Notes: a model not told the origin generated them from the letters alone. 32,000 nucleotides of DNA from Candidatus Saccharimonas aalborgensis (GCF_000392435.1 NC_021219.1:690001-722000), one strand, 5' to 3'; counted from the stretch's first letter, positions 11,222-21,045 are shown. A program made the numbers and translations.

Positions 11222-11683
11222 ATGACACGGTTACGACAGCAGGGTTCGGTTCTCGGATATGTGCTGGTGGGGGCGACATTAGTAGCATTATTAGTAGCGG
11301 GTATTTATTTTATCCGTCGAAATACCTCCGCGGCGGTAGTTGCGCAAAATACTAACCAAACAGCTTCGAGCGATCAATCTACCTCGACGGGTCAGGCATC
11401 TACAAACAGCGATAACCAAACAAATCAGACAACAGGCAATACCCAGAAGAGGGAGGAACAAAAAGCTCAGGATCAGAATGCCGCAGCTGCTGCTGAGAAC
11501 AAAACGAATTCACCCGCTACCGATTCATCACAGACCACAAGTGGGACGTCATCATACTCGAGCACAGGTGGTTCATCCTTGCCTCATACCGGCCCCGCGG
11601 AGGATATGTTTGCTGGCATTCTGGGTGCTGGGTTGTTAGCGGGTTCTGTGACGGCCTATCGACGTTCACGTGCCATACTCTAG
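11222..11683 (+). CDS. Putative sortase-anchored surface protein (N-terminal TM, low-complexity stalk, LPHTG)
   Basis: GYVLVGATLVALLVAGIYFIRR; T/Q/N/S-rich linker; C-terminal LPHTGPAEDMFAGILGAGLLAGSVTAYRRSRAIL. GAGAGG 5 nt before ATG 11222. Confidence 0.85.
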   Translation: MTRLRQQGSVLGYVLVGATLVALLVAGIYFIRRNTSAAVVAQNTNQTASSDQSTSTGQASTNSDNQTNQTTGNTQKREEQKAQDQNAAAAAENKTNSPATDSSQTTSGTSSYSSTGGSSLPHTGPAEDMFAGILGAGLLAGSVTAYRRSRAIL

Positions 11684-11834
11684 ACTGAGAGCGCTCACTA
11701 GTGTACAATAAGAGATGAGTCTTGGGCGAGCATTTTTTTGCGAGCACTAAGAAAATAATAGCAACTATAAGAGAGGAGTTTTGGTGAGTTCGTGCTCTTT
11801 TTATAGAGTGACGGATTTCATTGATAACTTATTT

Positions 11835-12905
11835 ATGGCAACAAAAGCCACTATCACAATGGATGACCTGCTTGCGGGTGACAGCGTTAAACAACTTACT
11901 GCAGGTGAGGTAGTAATCGGACATGTTCTTACGGTCCGAAAACATGAAGTATTGATTGATCTTGGAGCACAGGGTGTCGGTTATGTGCCCCGCCGTGAAG
12001 TTGGATTTAGCCGTCAGTTGAATATCGGCGACGAAGTGACTGCCAGTGTGGTAGATGCGGAGTTGGACAACGGTTACAGCTTACTGAGTCTGAGGAAAGC
12101 TGCAAAGGATCGTGGCTGGGAAGAAGTTCAGGCAAAGATGGATGAGGGAGAGATCATCGAAGTAGCCCCTTACGATGCAAATCGCGGCGGTATGCTTGTC
12201 GAATACGAGGGCGTACGTGGTTTCTTGCCAGTATCGCAGCTTTCTGCTGAGCATTACCCACGCGTAGGAAGTGCCGACAAAGATGAGATCTTAGCTCGCC
12301 TTAATGCACTCGTTGGTCAATCTTTGAAAGTAAGGATTTTGGACTGCGATCGAAAAGTAAACAAACTCATTTTTAGCGAGAAAGAAGCGATTAAAGATGG
12401 GTTAGCAGCTCGATTTGAGAAGTTAAAGATTGGCGATACGGTTAATGGCGTGGTGACGGGTGTTGTAGATTTCGGAGCATTTGTGAATGTCGATGGCATT
12501 GAGGGGCTCGTGCATATTTCTGAGATCAGCTGGGAGCGTGTCAATAATCCAAGTGATTATGTGAAAGTTGGTCAGACAATCGAAGCTAAGATCATCTCAA
12601 TCGATAAAGAACGACTTAGCTTGAGCATGAAGCAGCTCACAAAGGACCCATGGCTTGATGAGGTTGAAAAATTCAAGAAGGGCGAAAAAGTAGAAGGAAC
12701 GGTCACGCGCATTACACCATTCGGCGCATTTGTGCAAATCAGTCCAGCAGTTGAAGCACTTGTCCATATCTCTGAACTAGGGAGTGGCAGTGATGTCGAC
12801 CCAGAAAAAGTCTTTACGCTCAATGAACGCAAAGAGTTTGTTATTCTTGATGTCGATAAGGAAAATCGCAAGATTTCACTGAGTCTCGCCGGTAAAAAGA
12901 AATAA
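11835..12905 (+). CDS. rpsA: Ribosomal protein S1-like, four S1 domains (GTG start at 11784 possible)
   Basis: Repeated S1 signatures: GEVVIGHVLTVRKHEVLIDLGAQGVGYVP; GDTVNGVVTGVVDFGAFVNVDGIEGLVHISEISW; GEKVEGTVTRITPFGAFVQISPAVEALVHISELG. Confidence 0.92.
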   Translation: MATKATITMDDLLAGDSVKQLTAGEVVIGHVLTVRKHEVLIDLGAQGVGYVPRREVGFSRQLNIGDEVTASVVDAELDNGYSLLSLRKAAKDRGWEEVQAKMDEGEIIEVAPYDANRGGMLVEYEGVRGFLPVSQLSAEHYPRVGSADKDEILARLNALVGQSLKVRILDCDRKVNKLIFSEKEAIKDGLAARFEKLKIGDTVNGVVTGVVDFGAFVNVDGIEGLVHISEISWERVNNPSDYVKVGQTIEAKIISIDKERLSLSMKQLTKDPWLDEVEKFKKGEKVEGTVTRITPFGAFVQISPAVEALVHISELGSGSDVDPEKVFTLNERKEFVILDVDKENRKISLSLAGKKK

Positions 12906-12955
12906 GCTTACGCATATATAAAATAGTTTCTTTGATAGAGACGGAAAGGAGAGCC

Positions 12956-14734
12956 ATGAGCCAGCCAGAGAAGAAAACGCTCATTATCGCTGATTCAATC
13001 ACGGTAGGTGAGCTGGCCGAAACGCTTAATCTTCCCGTGACACAACTTGTCGGAGAACTGTTTAAAAACGGTATTGTGGCGACAATCAACCAGCGCATTG
13101 ATTTTGAGACCGCTACTATTATCGTGGGTGAGCTCGGTCTTGATGTGGAGCTGCAACGTAAACAGGTTGATACGACAGCAGTACAACGGCTTCATACTCC
13201 GTCGGAACGAGCTGTCGATCGACCACCAATCGTCGCAGTAATGGGCCACGTCGACCATGGAAAAACCTCATTGCTTGACGCGATTCTCAGCACTAAGACT
13301 GTCGCTGGTGAGGCTGGCGGGATAACGCAGCATATATCTGCGTATCAGACTGTGCGAAATAACCGACCTATTACCTTACTTGATACTCCAGGCCATGAAG
13401 CGTTTGCTGCACTTCGTCAGCATGGCGCAACACTTACAGATGTGGTGGTGATTGTAGTTGCGGCCGATGATGGAGTAAAACCACAAACAATCGAGGCAAT
13501 TCGATTTGCAAGAACTGCTAACGCAAAAATTGTTGTGGCGATAAACAAAATCGACAAAGAAGCTGCAAATGTCGATATGGTCAAGGCGCAGCTAGCAAGC
13601 GAACACCAACTTAACCCCGAAGAATGGGGCGGTGATACGGTGATGGTGCCAGTAAGTGCAAAAACGCGCGAGGGGCTGGATAAGCTTCTTGATATGGTAC
13701 TGTTGGTCGCGGATATGGAAGAACTACGAGCCGATGTTGATGTGCCGGCGGAAGGTCTTGTCATTGAAGCCCACATGGAAACAGGTCGCGGATCAGTAGT
13801 GGGTCTCTTGGTTGAACAGGGTATGCTGAAACCTGGACATTTCCTCGTTGCAGGAATCTCTTATGGAAAAGTCAGGACTCTGCTTGATTTTGCAGGGAAA
13901 CCACTGAAGTCAGCGGGTCCATCGACGCCCGTGACAGTCACCGGGTTCAAAGTGTTACCACAATTTGGTGATGTGTTCACCACTGTAAAAAACGAACGTG
14001 AAGCGAGGCTGCTCGTCGAGAGAGCGCGCCAAGAGGCCGAAAAGTTTGCCGCCAGTACAAACGTAACTGGTGCTGATCTCCTAAAACTTATGACACAAAA
14101 GCACGACACCCAAGAGCTGAATGTTATCGTGAAAGCTGACGTGCAGGGTTCGCTGACGTCAGTAATGGATAGCCTACGTATGGTAGACACGGGTGGTGAA
14201 GTGAATCTAAGAATTATCGGTAGTGGGGTGGGTAATATCACCGAGAACGATGTTCGACTTGCGGGTAGTTCAAGTGCTATTATCTACGGATTTAATATCG
14301 AGTTGCCGCCTGCAGTGAAGCGACTTGCCGCAAGAGATAAAGTAGAGGTGAGACTCTATAAGGTGATCTATGAGCTCCTTGATGATGCGCGAAACACTAT
14401 AGAAAGACTACTTGTGCCTGAAGTTGTTGAGACAGAAGTTGGTACGATGACACTGAAGGGTATATTTAGGACCGTAAGAGACGAAGTGATATGTGGCGGT
14501 GAAGTAACACATGGTAAAGTGACTACCGGCTTGCTTGTCCGCGCAAAGCATGCAGGTGATCAGCTCGCCGAAGTCGAAGTAGTGAGTGTGCAGCGACAGC
14601 AACAAGAAGCCAAAGAGGTGTTTGAGGGTGAAATGTGCGGGTTGAGTCTCAAGACTCACAAAAAACTCTCACTTGAGATCGGTGATACACTTGAGTTCTT
14701 TACCCGCGAACTCGTAAAACGTACCCTCAAATAG
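12956..14734 (+). CDS. infB: Translation initiation factor IF-2
   Basis: PPIVAVMGHVDHGKTSLLDAI, DTPGHEAFAALRQHGA, NKIDK, C-terminal IF-2 domains; AAAGGAGAG before ATG. Confidence 0.97.
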   Translation: MSQPEKKTLIIADSITVGELAETLNLPVTQLVGELFKNGIVATINQRIDFETATIIVGELGLDVELQRKQVDTTAVQRLHTPSERAVDRPPIVAVMGHVDHGKTSLLDAILSTKTVAGEAGGITQHISAYQTVRNNRPITLLDTPGHEAFAALRQHGATLTDVVVIVVAADDGVKPQTIEAIRFARTANAKIVVAINKIDKEAANVDMVKAQLASEHQLNPEEWGGDTVMVPVSAKTREGLDKLLDMVLLVADMEELRADVDVPAEGLVIEAHMETGRGSVVGLLVEQGMLKPGHFLVAGISYGKVRTLLDFAGKPLKSAGPSTPVTVTGFKVLPQFGDVFTTVKNEREARLLVERARQEAEKFAASTNVTGADLLKLMTQKHDTQELNVIVKADVQGSLTSVMDSLRMVDTGGEVNLRIIGSGVGNITENDVRLAGSSSAIIYGFNIELPPAVKRLAARDKVEVRLYKVIYELLDDARNTIERLLVPEVVETEVGTMTLKGIFRTVRDEVICGGEVTHGKVTTGLLVRAKHAGDQLAEVEVVSVQRQQQEAKEVFEGEMCGLSLKTHKKLSLEIGDTLEFFTRELVKRTLK

Positions 14735-14743
14735 GGTACGTTT
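14717..14743. terminator. Bidirectional terminator overlapping infB stop codon
   Basis: AAACGTACCC-tcaaata-GGGTACGTTT, 10-bp perfect stem containing the TAG stop. Confidence 0.75.
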
Positions 14744-14768
14744 CTACGGAAAGACTTAGAGGGCTTCT

Positions 14769-15080
14769 CTATTGTATGTTGTCTGCATTGGCGGCTATTT
14801 CACCCATAAGAATATCATATTCATCCTGAGCGATCTCTTGGAGATCAGAGACGTTTGCAACAAGCCAGTCTTGTACGGCCTGCGTGTTTCCAGACTCCTG
14901 GACATCTACTAATTCTTTTAGCTGATTATCATCGAGAATATTGGTTACTTCTGTGCCAATGCGTTCTTGAAGTGTGCTATTGAATTGCTCGATCAGGGTA
15001 TCCGCATTCGCGTCGGCAAGCTGAATACCGATGAGCGCCAGAGATTCGCGGGTAATAAGGGGGGGTTGTTGCTGGTTCAT
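14769..15080 (-). CDS. Small helical protein, CPR DUF5663-like
   Basis: LIGIQLADANADTLIEQFNSTLQERIGTEVTNILDDNQLKELVD...VQDWLVANVSDLQEI, resembles 21444..21893. Confidence 0.8.
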   Translation of the reverse strand: MNQQQPPLITRESLALIGIQLADANADTLIEQFNSTLQERIGTEVTNILDDNQLKELVDVQESGNTQAVQDWLVANVSDLQEIAQDEYDILMGEIAANADNIQ

Positions 15081-15139
15081 ATTATTTTTTATCTACCTTC
15101 TGTTCTTATTGGGCTACTACTGTCGTTTTATTATACTTG

Positions 15140-15976
15140 TTAGAAACGATTTTGTTCACGGTGAGTGTCACGGGTGGTAACAAATGCTTCCTTTGCGGCG
15201 GTCGTTGAGGCACGTAACTCATGATAGCGGGCTTGACCGCGGGCCATTGCTACTCGACCAAGGATACGCGCGCGTCTAGCCGCCGCTTTTGATTTTTCAT
15301 GGGTATCGCCTGCAAATGACTCAACACTCTTTCGTGCGGAACGTGCGCTTTCAATAACATTTCGTTTCATAGTCATCCATTTCGCATGTCGACCCCATCT
15401 TCGTGTCTCAGCCTCATTTGCGCGTTTTTCTAAGCGTTTACGAAAGTTTGCCATCGCCTCTTTAGAGGCACCCGCAACATCAGAAACGTACTCAGCACCC
15501 TTATTGATCTTGTTGCCAACTTTTTCGCTGCCATCGGCCACCCACTGACCGGCACGGTCAAGTAAGTTGCCAGTTTTTTTAGTAGCATCGGTTACGTTCT
15601 CCTTTGCAGAGTTGAGTGCTTCATAAACAACGTCCCTAGAAAAGCCAACATTACTTTTGATATCATTTTTGACAGATTCCACGCCTCTCGTACCCACTTT
15701 TCCCGCACCCTCAACAGCAATAACGGTCAATCCGAGCACTCCTCGGCCGATATTACCTAGTATTGCTTTACCGCGCTCAAGTCGTTCACGACCCGCAAGT
15801 AGCTTACTGTCAACAAATGAGGCGACTCGCTCAGATGCTTGTGCGGCGTTAAGGCCAAAGTCACGGATACGATCTCCGGTGCTGGTTGTGGGAGCTTCGT
15901 GTCGGCCAGTGTATTCTTCATCGGCTGGCTTGCTCTCTTCGGGAGCGGCGTGTCGAGGCTGGTAGGTTTCTTTCAT
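15140..15976 (-). CDS. Helical, charged hypothetical protein (coiled-coil/apolipoprotein-like)
   Basis: 278 aa; Ala/Lys/Glu-rich helical body (KTGNLLDRAGQWVADGSEKVGNKINKGAEYVSDVAGASKEAMANFRKRL); own promoter at 16017-16046. Confidence 0.8.
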   Translation of the reverse strand: MKETYQPRHAAPEESKPADEEYTGRHEAPTTSTGDRIRDFGLNAAQASERVASFVDSKLLAGRERLERGKAILGNIGRGVLGLTVIAVEGAGKVGTRGVESVKNDIKSNVGFSRDVVYEALNSAKENVTDATKKTGNLLDRAGQWVADGSEKVGNKINKGAEYVSDVAGASKEAMANFRKRLEKRANEAETRRWGRHAKWMTMKRNVIESARSARKSVESFAGDTHEKSKAAARRARILGRVAMARGQARYHELRASTTAAKEAFVTTRDTHREQNRF

Positions 15977-16016
15977 GAGGGATTTCCTTTTTTGATTTTT
16001 ATATGTTTATATTATC

Positions 16017-16046
16017 ATTATAAGCATAAATAGTATAAAAAGTCAA
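16017..16046 (-). promoter_or_regulatory. Promoter of the 278-aa ORF
   Basis: Minus strand TTGACT (16046-16041), 18 nt, TATAAT (16022-16017). Confidence 0.7.
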
Positions 16047-16191
16047 TACAATTAACACAATAAAAATGACAAATAGCAACTCATCACGGGAGAGAAATAG
16101 TATTGCGCTTGTGGTAAACCCTGTGTTACCATAACCAAGTAAGTAATATACATCAAAATATAGAGAAAAAATGACAAGAGGATAGGTCGCC

Positions 16192-16503
16192 ATGCAACAA
16201 GATCCGATGAATGATTTTATCAATGATATGCTTGATAAGAAGCAGCTCCCGGGGCTTGAGGAAGAGGGGGTCCGAGAGACCGTCATTGATGATATTCGGA
16301 CACGACTCTTGAACCAGATTGACAGAGCAATCCTTGAGGCGATGCCAGAAGATAAAATGGATGCACTTAACTCCCTGCTCGATAGCGGTGCGTCAGATGA
16401 AGAAGTCCAACGACTTGTTGGTGAGTCCGGGGTTGACATTCAGAAAGTGACACTGCAAACAATGTTGCGTTTTCGTGATCTCTATTTAGGAGAGGAAGCG
16501 TAG
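16192..16503 (+). CDS. Small helical protein, CPR DUF5663-like
   Basis: DMLDKKQLPGLEEEGVRETVIDDIRTRLLNQIDRAILEAMPEDKMDALNSLLDSGASDEEVQRLV; AGAGGATAG upstream. Confidence 0.8.
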   Translation: MQQDPMNDFINDMLDKKQLPGLEEEGVRETVIDDIRTRLLNQIDRAILEAMPEDKMDALNSLLDSGASDEEVQRLVGESGVDIQKVTLQTMLRFRDLYLGEEA

Positions 16504-16512
16504 TAGAGAAGT

Positions 16513-19500
16513 ATGTCTGAGCGACAGGCGCGGCACGATACGTATACTGCTGAAGCGCAAGCAGAGCGTGCGAAGTATCTGACAATGACTAATAAAGAGA
16601 TTGCTGGTGAAGTGAGCGATCTTATTAATGGGCAACTTCACGTGGCAAGTAACGATCGTGTCCAGTATGCGGCTGGGACAACAGCCGCGCACGAGGGAAG
16701 GGCAGGAGAAAGAGTTGGCGGGCGGTTTGTGAGTCAGTCGCAACTCGAAGACATCGCTGCGTTCGCAGATCAAATCCGCGATGGCTTAGCGGATCGTAAT
16801 GAGCCGGGTACCGTCGTAGATGACCATACCGGCGACGATGTAGACCAAGATGCCTACATGCAACGGCATGATGCGCACACGCATGAAGATGAGGCTCCCG
16901 CAGAGGGACCAGATATGCCAGATGATGAGACATCGGATGAGCCGACGACTGATATTTCGCCGTCCACAGAGCCAGAGATGCCTATCGCACGCGAGGACGC
17001 AGCCGATGAGCCAAAAGCGCCTTCTGAACTAAAGCTCTCTTTTGTGGATCAGTCAGTGGATGCAGAAGACGCAGCTCGTTATGCAGCAGAAGCCCGCTTG
17101 ACAGAAGAATTAAATGCTCCTGGCGGCAAAATCAAGAGGTTTTTGAGGAATGCCTGGAAGGGAAGTCTTGCACGTGAATTCTATATCTTAAAGTATAAGA
17201 AACATGCACTTGAGCGCATCAGTGAGGGGCAGGATATCAACCTACTGAACGACGGGTACACTAGTGACCAGCGTGTCGATGCGCAGATGGCACTTGTTGA
17301 TCGATTTAGTTCAGAATATGATGAATCGGTCCATACTACGGCAGGTGAACAACGAAAAGAACTCGCTCCAGATACTGAGTTTGCCGTAGCCACAAAAGAT
17401 CTTATTCGCAGATATGTATCTGGTGAAATCACAGATGCAACTGCACTTCGTGAGGAGCGTGGTCGCTTGCTCGAACGGTTTGGCGGACAACAAAACGGTC
17501 CTCTCATTGGGGAAGGCAAAGTTCGTGTCGATAATCTACTCGCGATAGCGGAAGCTGTCAAAGGTATGGTAGCGCATGGTGAGAGCATCGAACAAGTACT
17601 TGAAGGCATGAAGATTTACTCTGGTGAAGCACGAGAGAGTGCGCGTTACAAAGTGGACTATGGCAAAATTGACTCAGTCATGGAAAAGATGCAGCAGTCA
17701 AAGATCGGATCGCTCGTTGGACCCGAAACAGTCGGTATTGCCGCTGCGCTTGCTCTCACTATTAGTAGGGTGGGTCGTGGAACGGTCCTGAAAGCGACCG
17801 GCGTAACACTCATTCCAGGAGTGATGGGGGGAACACTCGGTGCGCTCAGGGAAAATAAACGCGTCAAAGAAGAGCGAACGCAGCATACGCGTGAGGTAAC
17901 TCAAGGGAGAGATTTCGTTAACGGCAAGCGTCGTGCTGAGATGCAAGAAACAATGTATGAGACGGTTAGCGCGCAGCAAACGACCGATGAGCTAAATCGG
18001 CTGATGGAGGGTGGCCTCGATACTCCCGAAAAAGTCAGGGCTATGTATGAAGCACTTGCTGGCGTGCAGGCGCGGGTTGACATATCTGATGCGAAAGGGA
18101 GTGAGCTATTCTCTTACTCACAGGGGCAGAGATCGGTTGAGATGGGGCTACTCGATATTGCTCGTGGGCGTGCCAAGAAAGCACTCGAAGGTCATTTGGC
18201 TGATCTTGATCCTGCATATCGTTCTTCACTCGGAATGACCGATAGTGATACCGTAAATCAGGCATTGCAACGCTGCGTGAGCGCGGTAGAGTCGATCCAG
18301 CAAGATATGAGCGCAAAAGATAAGGCATTTCAACGCCTTAAGGCTCGTCGAGTTGCTACGGCGGCTGCCCAGGGCGTTATTGTTAGCTCATTGTTTAGCG
18401 TTGGCGTACAAGAAGGAGTTGCATTTGCTAACCCCTCATATGATGGTCTCATTGAGCATATGGTGCATGGGGGTGCACCATCTCCTGATGGAACGCAGAC
18501 AGTACTTGAAGGGTGGTTTCATGGTCAAACTGGAGCTGGGACAAGCGCGAATGTTATCGCGCCAAGTAGTACCTATAATCAACTAAACCTCGGTACGCAC
18601 AGTGGTGCACTTGAGCTGCCATCGAACTATACAATGTCAACTAATCCAAATGGTTCGCTCTTTATTACTGACCCGACAGGAGCAAAAATAGCAGACAATC
18701 TCACGACCAATCCCAACGGTACGTTCACCACTGCTTCCCTAGCTGACTTGCAGCACGCAAATATTAGCGTTGTGGATACTACAAGTACCGTCAATACGCC
18801 CCATAGCGTTACGCAGCAAGTGACAGCAAAGCAATTTTTGGTAAATCATCCAGGTGTCGGGACACCGGCCGGACGAGATTTTTGGTATGACAACAATACT
18901 CCGGCACCAAAGTTTGACAAAAATGAACTTGGTCTTCACTGGGGTGGAGCAAATAGTACGGGCGTAACAACTAACGGTACTGTCCAAATGAGTGTCGCCA
19001 CAATGACAGGAAACGGATCTTTCCATGGTCTCGAACACACAAACTGGGCGACTGAGGCTGACCAGGGGCATCTCAAACTAGCAGTTTCATTGTCGAGGGA
19101 TACACAGGCCATGCCGATTATCTTGGATGTTCATGCGCACGATGGGGTAATCGACATCCCAACCGACCCAAGCGTCATGCCACCGGGAATCTTTACGATC
19201 GAGAATGGCCATGCAGTCTTTCATGGTGCCTATGCTGAGGTGGTGCAGACAAATGGTATGAGCCAAAACGGAGAGCTTCACATCCGTCCACTCGCAACGA
19301 TTACTGGGCATAACACGCTACATTCAATGGCAGATACAGTCACGACACACGAAAAGCAAGTAGTACCGCATTATAAGCTGACTCCCCCTGTTCATGAGGG
19401 TATCGATCGTGTCGTTGAGCCCATCGTGATGCCACCACTGGTACTTCGCCGGCCGCTTGAAGCGCTTGTTAAGCGCCGCAACGGAGATCCAGGCCCGTAT

Positions 19501-21045
19501 GGCTATGGTGGTGGGGCCAGCGGAGAATATGGACACCGCCAACTCTCTCTAGAGGCTATTGAGCAGATGCGGTCCGAGCGTTCACCAAGTTTACTTACCG
19601 ACTCTTCCGCCGATCTAAATCCAAAACATGAACTTGATTGGTATAGATCAGAGCTGGAGAGGAGGCGGGGAGCGGATGGGTTGAGAAAGATAGTTGATTT
19701 TGTAAAGAATACGCCGGAACTGGCAACTCTTTCACCAGAGACAAAATCGATAGTCGTTTTACCCGTTGGAGCAGCATTTGAGTCAGAGAATATCTATAAA
19801 GTGCTCTCTCTTTATGCTCAGCAAGATCCCCCTTCACTTGAGAAAACGACATTCCTTCTCAATGTAAACTGGCTCGATGTAGCAAAGGGTGATCCAAAGC
19901 AGGCTCAAGCAATCGCTAAAACACTTGCTGAGATTGAACGTGCTCGTCTTAACTTTCCTCAGCTTAAGCTGGCTGTTATTCAAAACGAATACAATAAGGA
20001 TACAGTTGAAGCGACCGGTGGCGTAATCGGTTATGTTGCCGCAGATATGGTTGATACTGCACTTATGGCATTACAGGTGGCCATGGAAGATGGTAGAATG
20101 AACGGCGATCATGAGGTCGGCATACAACGTAACGACGTTGACACGCTGGGCATATCTCGACACTACTTGAGTAGATATCAAGAGGCACTTGACCAGAATC
20201 CACAATCAGACGTGTTTAGGGGTATGACAAGATTTGATGCGAGGTCTGCCGAACGTTATCCAGGATGGGGAATTGTCAATGACCTTAATTTGATATTAAC
20301 GACACAACACTATTCCCATGGAGGAGCAAATACCGATGGACCGAATTTTTATGTACGTGCTTCAGCGATGGCTGCAATAGGTGGACTTGGTGATGTATCA
20401 CGTTGGAGTGGCGCGGGCTCTGACGATAGTAATGTGGGGATACGGGTTACCCACGCAAGAGGTGGAACTGGCGGTGTGGGCTATAGTGGTGTGAGCGGTT
20501 CAACCGGTGCTTTAGTAACATCTAGTGGTGGAGACAGAAGAGTAGGTAAGTATGTTGCTGGCGCAAATATCGATGTAAACGCTGATCGCTTAATACCACT
20601 CTATCTGGGTGGGGCATGGTGGGGTTCGGCGTGGCGTTCTGATGATGAAGGAGCATATCACAAGGGACCGGGAGGTTACGCAGCGAGAGATGCGAATAAG
20701 ATGAATATCAAAAAAGAGAGATTTGACGGGTCTAAAGATACTGAAGCATTTCAGCGATTACAAACCGCTATTACCTATGAGGTTGGACGTTTGGACGAAA
20801 CGACACGTCAACGACTGCTTGCGCGTTTCTTTCGCAATGCTCCTGCAGGATCGTATATCATCAAGCCTTTGCCGTCGGGTGGTGTAACGTTTGAATTTAC
20901 AAAAGTAGGGCGCGAGTTTGTTAGTCAGCAGATGAAATATGATTCACAAGGTCGTCGACGCAGCTATGGGGAGCGTAAGACCCACGGTCTCTATGGACGG
21001 ACACCACTGAATAAGGAACCTGCGCTTGTTGCGCCAATTCGATAG
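16513..21045 (+). CDS. Giant (1510 aa) lineage-specific protein with hydrophobic segments, extended middle region and GT-A-like C-terminal domain
   Basis: Single open frame; helical N-terminus, hydrophobic segments (GIAAALALTI; AAAQGVIVSSLFSVGV), C-terminal SIVVLPVGAAFESENIYKVLSLYAQQDPP...IQRNDVDTLGISRHYL...YVRASAMAAIGGLGDVSRWSGAGSDDSNVGIRVTHARG. Confidence 0.9.
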   Translation: MSERQARHDTYTAEAQAERAKYLTMTNKEIAGEVSDLINGQLHVASNDRVQYAAGTTAAHEGRAGERVGGRFVSQSQLEDIAAFADQIRDGLADRNEPGTVVDDHTGDDVDQDAYMQRHDAHTHEDEAPAEGPDMPDDETSDEPTTDISPSTEPEMPIAREDAADEPKAPSELKLSFVDQSVDAEDAARYAAEARLTEELNAPGGKIKRFLRNAWKGSLAREFYILKYKKHALERISEGQDINLLNDGYTSDQRVDAQMALVDRFSSEYDESVHTTAGEQRKELAPDTEFAVATKDLIRRYVSGEITDATALREERGRLLERFGGQQNGPLIGEGKVRVDNLLAIAEAVKGMVAHGESIEQVLEGMKIYSGEARESARYKVDYGKIDSVMEKMQQSKIGSLVGPETVGIAAALALTISRVGRGTVLKATGVTLIPGVMGGTLGALRENKRVKEERTQHTREVTQGRDFVNGKRRAEMQETMYETVSAQQTTDELNRLMEGGLDTPEKVRAMYEALAGVQARVDISDAKGSELFSYSQGQRSVEMGLLDIARGRAKKALEGHLADLDPAYRSSLGMTDSDTVNQALQRCVSAVESIQQDMSAKDKAFQRLKARRVATAAAQGVIVSSLFSVGVQEGVAFANPSYDGLIEHMVHGGAPSPDGTQTVLEGWFHGQTGAGTSANVIAPSSTYNQLNLGTHSGALELPSNYTMSTNPNGSLFITDPTGAKIADNLTTNPNGTFTTASLADLQHANISVVDTTSTVNTPHSVTQQVTAKQFLVNHPGVGTPAGRDFWYDNNTPAPKFDKNELGLHWGGANSTGVTTNGTVQMSVATMTGNGSFHGLEHTNWATEADQGHLKLAVSLSRDTQAMPIILDVHAHDGVIDIPTDPSVMPPGIFTIENGHAVFHGAYAEVVQTNGMSQNGELHIRPLATITGHNTLHSMADTVTTHEKQVVPHYKLTPPVHEGIDRVVEPIVMPPLVLRRPLEALVKRRNGDPGPYGYGGGASGEYGHRQLSLEAIEQMRSERSPSLLTDSSADLNPKHELDWYRSELERRRGADGLRKIVDFVKNTPELATLSPETKSIVVLPVGAAFESENIYKVLSLYAQQDPPSLEKTTFLLNVNWLDVAKGDPKQAQAIAKTLAEIERARLNFPQLKLAVIQNEYNKDTVEATGGVIGYVAADMVDTALMALQVAMEDGRMNGDHEVGIQRNDVDTLGISRHYLSRYQEALDQNPQSDVFRGMTRFDARSAERYPGWGIVNDLNLILTTQHYSHGGANTDGPNFYVRASAMAAIGGLGDVSRWSGAGSDDSNVGIRVTHARGGTGGVGYSGVSGSTGALVTSSGGDRRVGKYVAGANIDVNADRLIPLYLGGAWWGSAWRSDDEGAYHKGPGGYAARDANKMNIKKERFDGSKDTEAFQRLQTAITYEVGRLDETTRQRLLARFFRNAPAGSYIIKPLPSGGVTFEFTKVGREFVSQQMKYDSQGRRRSYGERKTHGLYGRTPLNKEPALVAPIR

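Noticed and set aside
11092-11639. ORFs 11092..11355 (+) and 11340..11639 (+)
   Set aside because: First overlaps ROK start, promoter and the surface protein in another frame; second is a shifted frame of the same gene.
11784-11834. Upstream GTG start for the S1 gene
   Set aside because: AGGAG lies 5 nt before GTG 11784, but the extra N-terminal residues (VSSCSFYRVTDFIDNLF) do not look like an S1 N-terminus; kept only as an alternative start.
12317-14659. Shadow ORFs opposite or within rpsA and infB (e.g. 12317..12544, 13417..13776, 13861..14241)
   Set aside because: Opposite strand of strongly supported genes, with typical shadow-ORF composition.
15657-20000. Shadow ORFs in the module (15657..15965, 15999..16439, 16625..16933, 17181..17609, 18041..18328, 18739..19071 and others)
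   Set aside because: Embedded opposite or out of frame in larger coherent reading frames.
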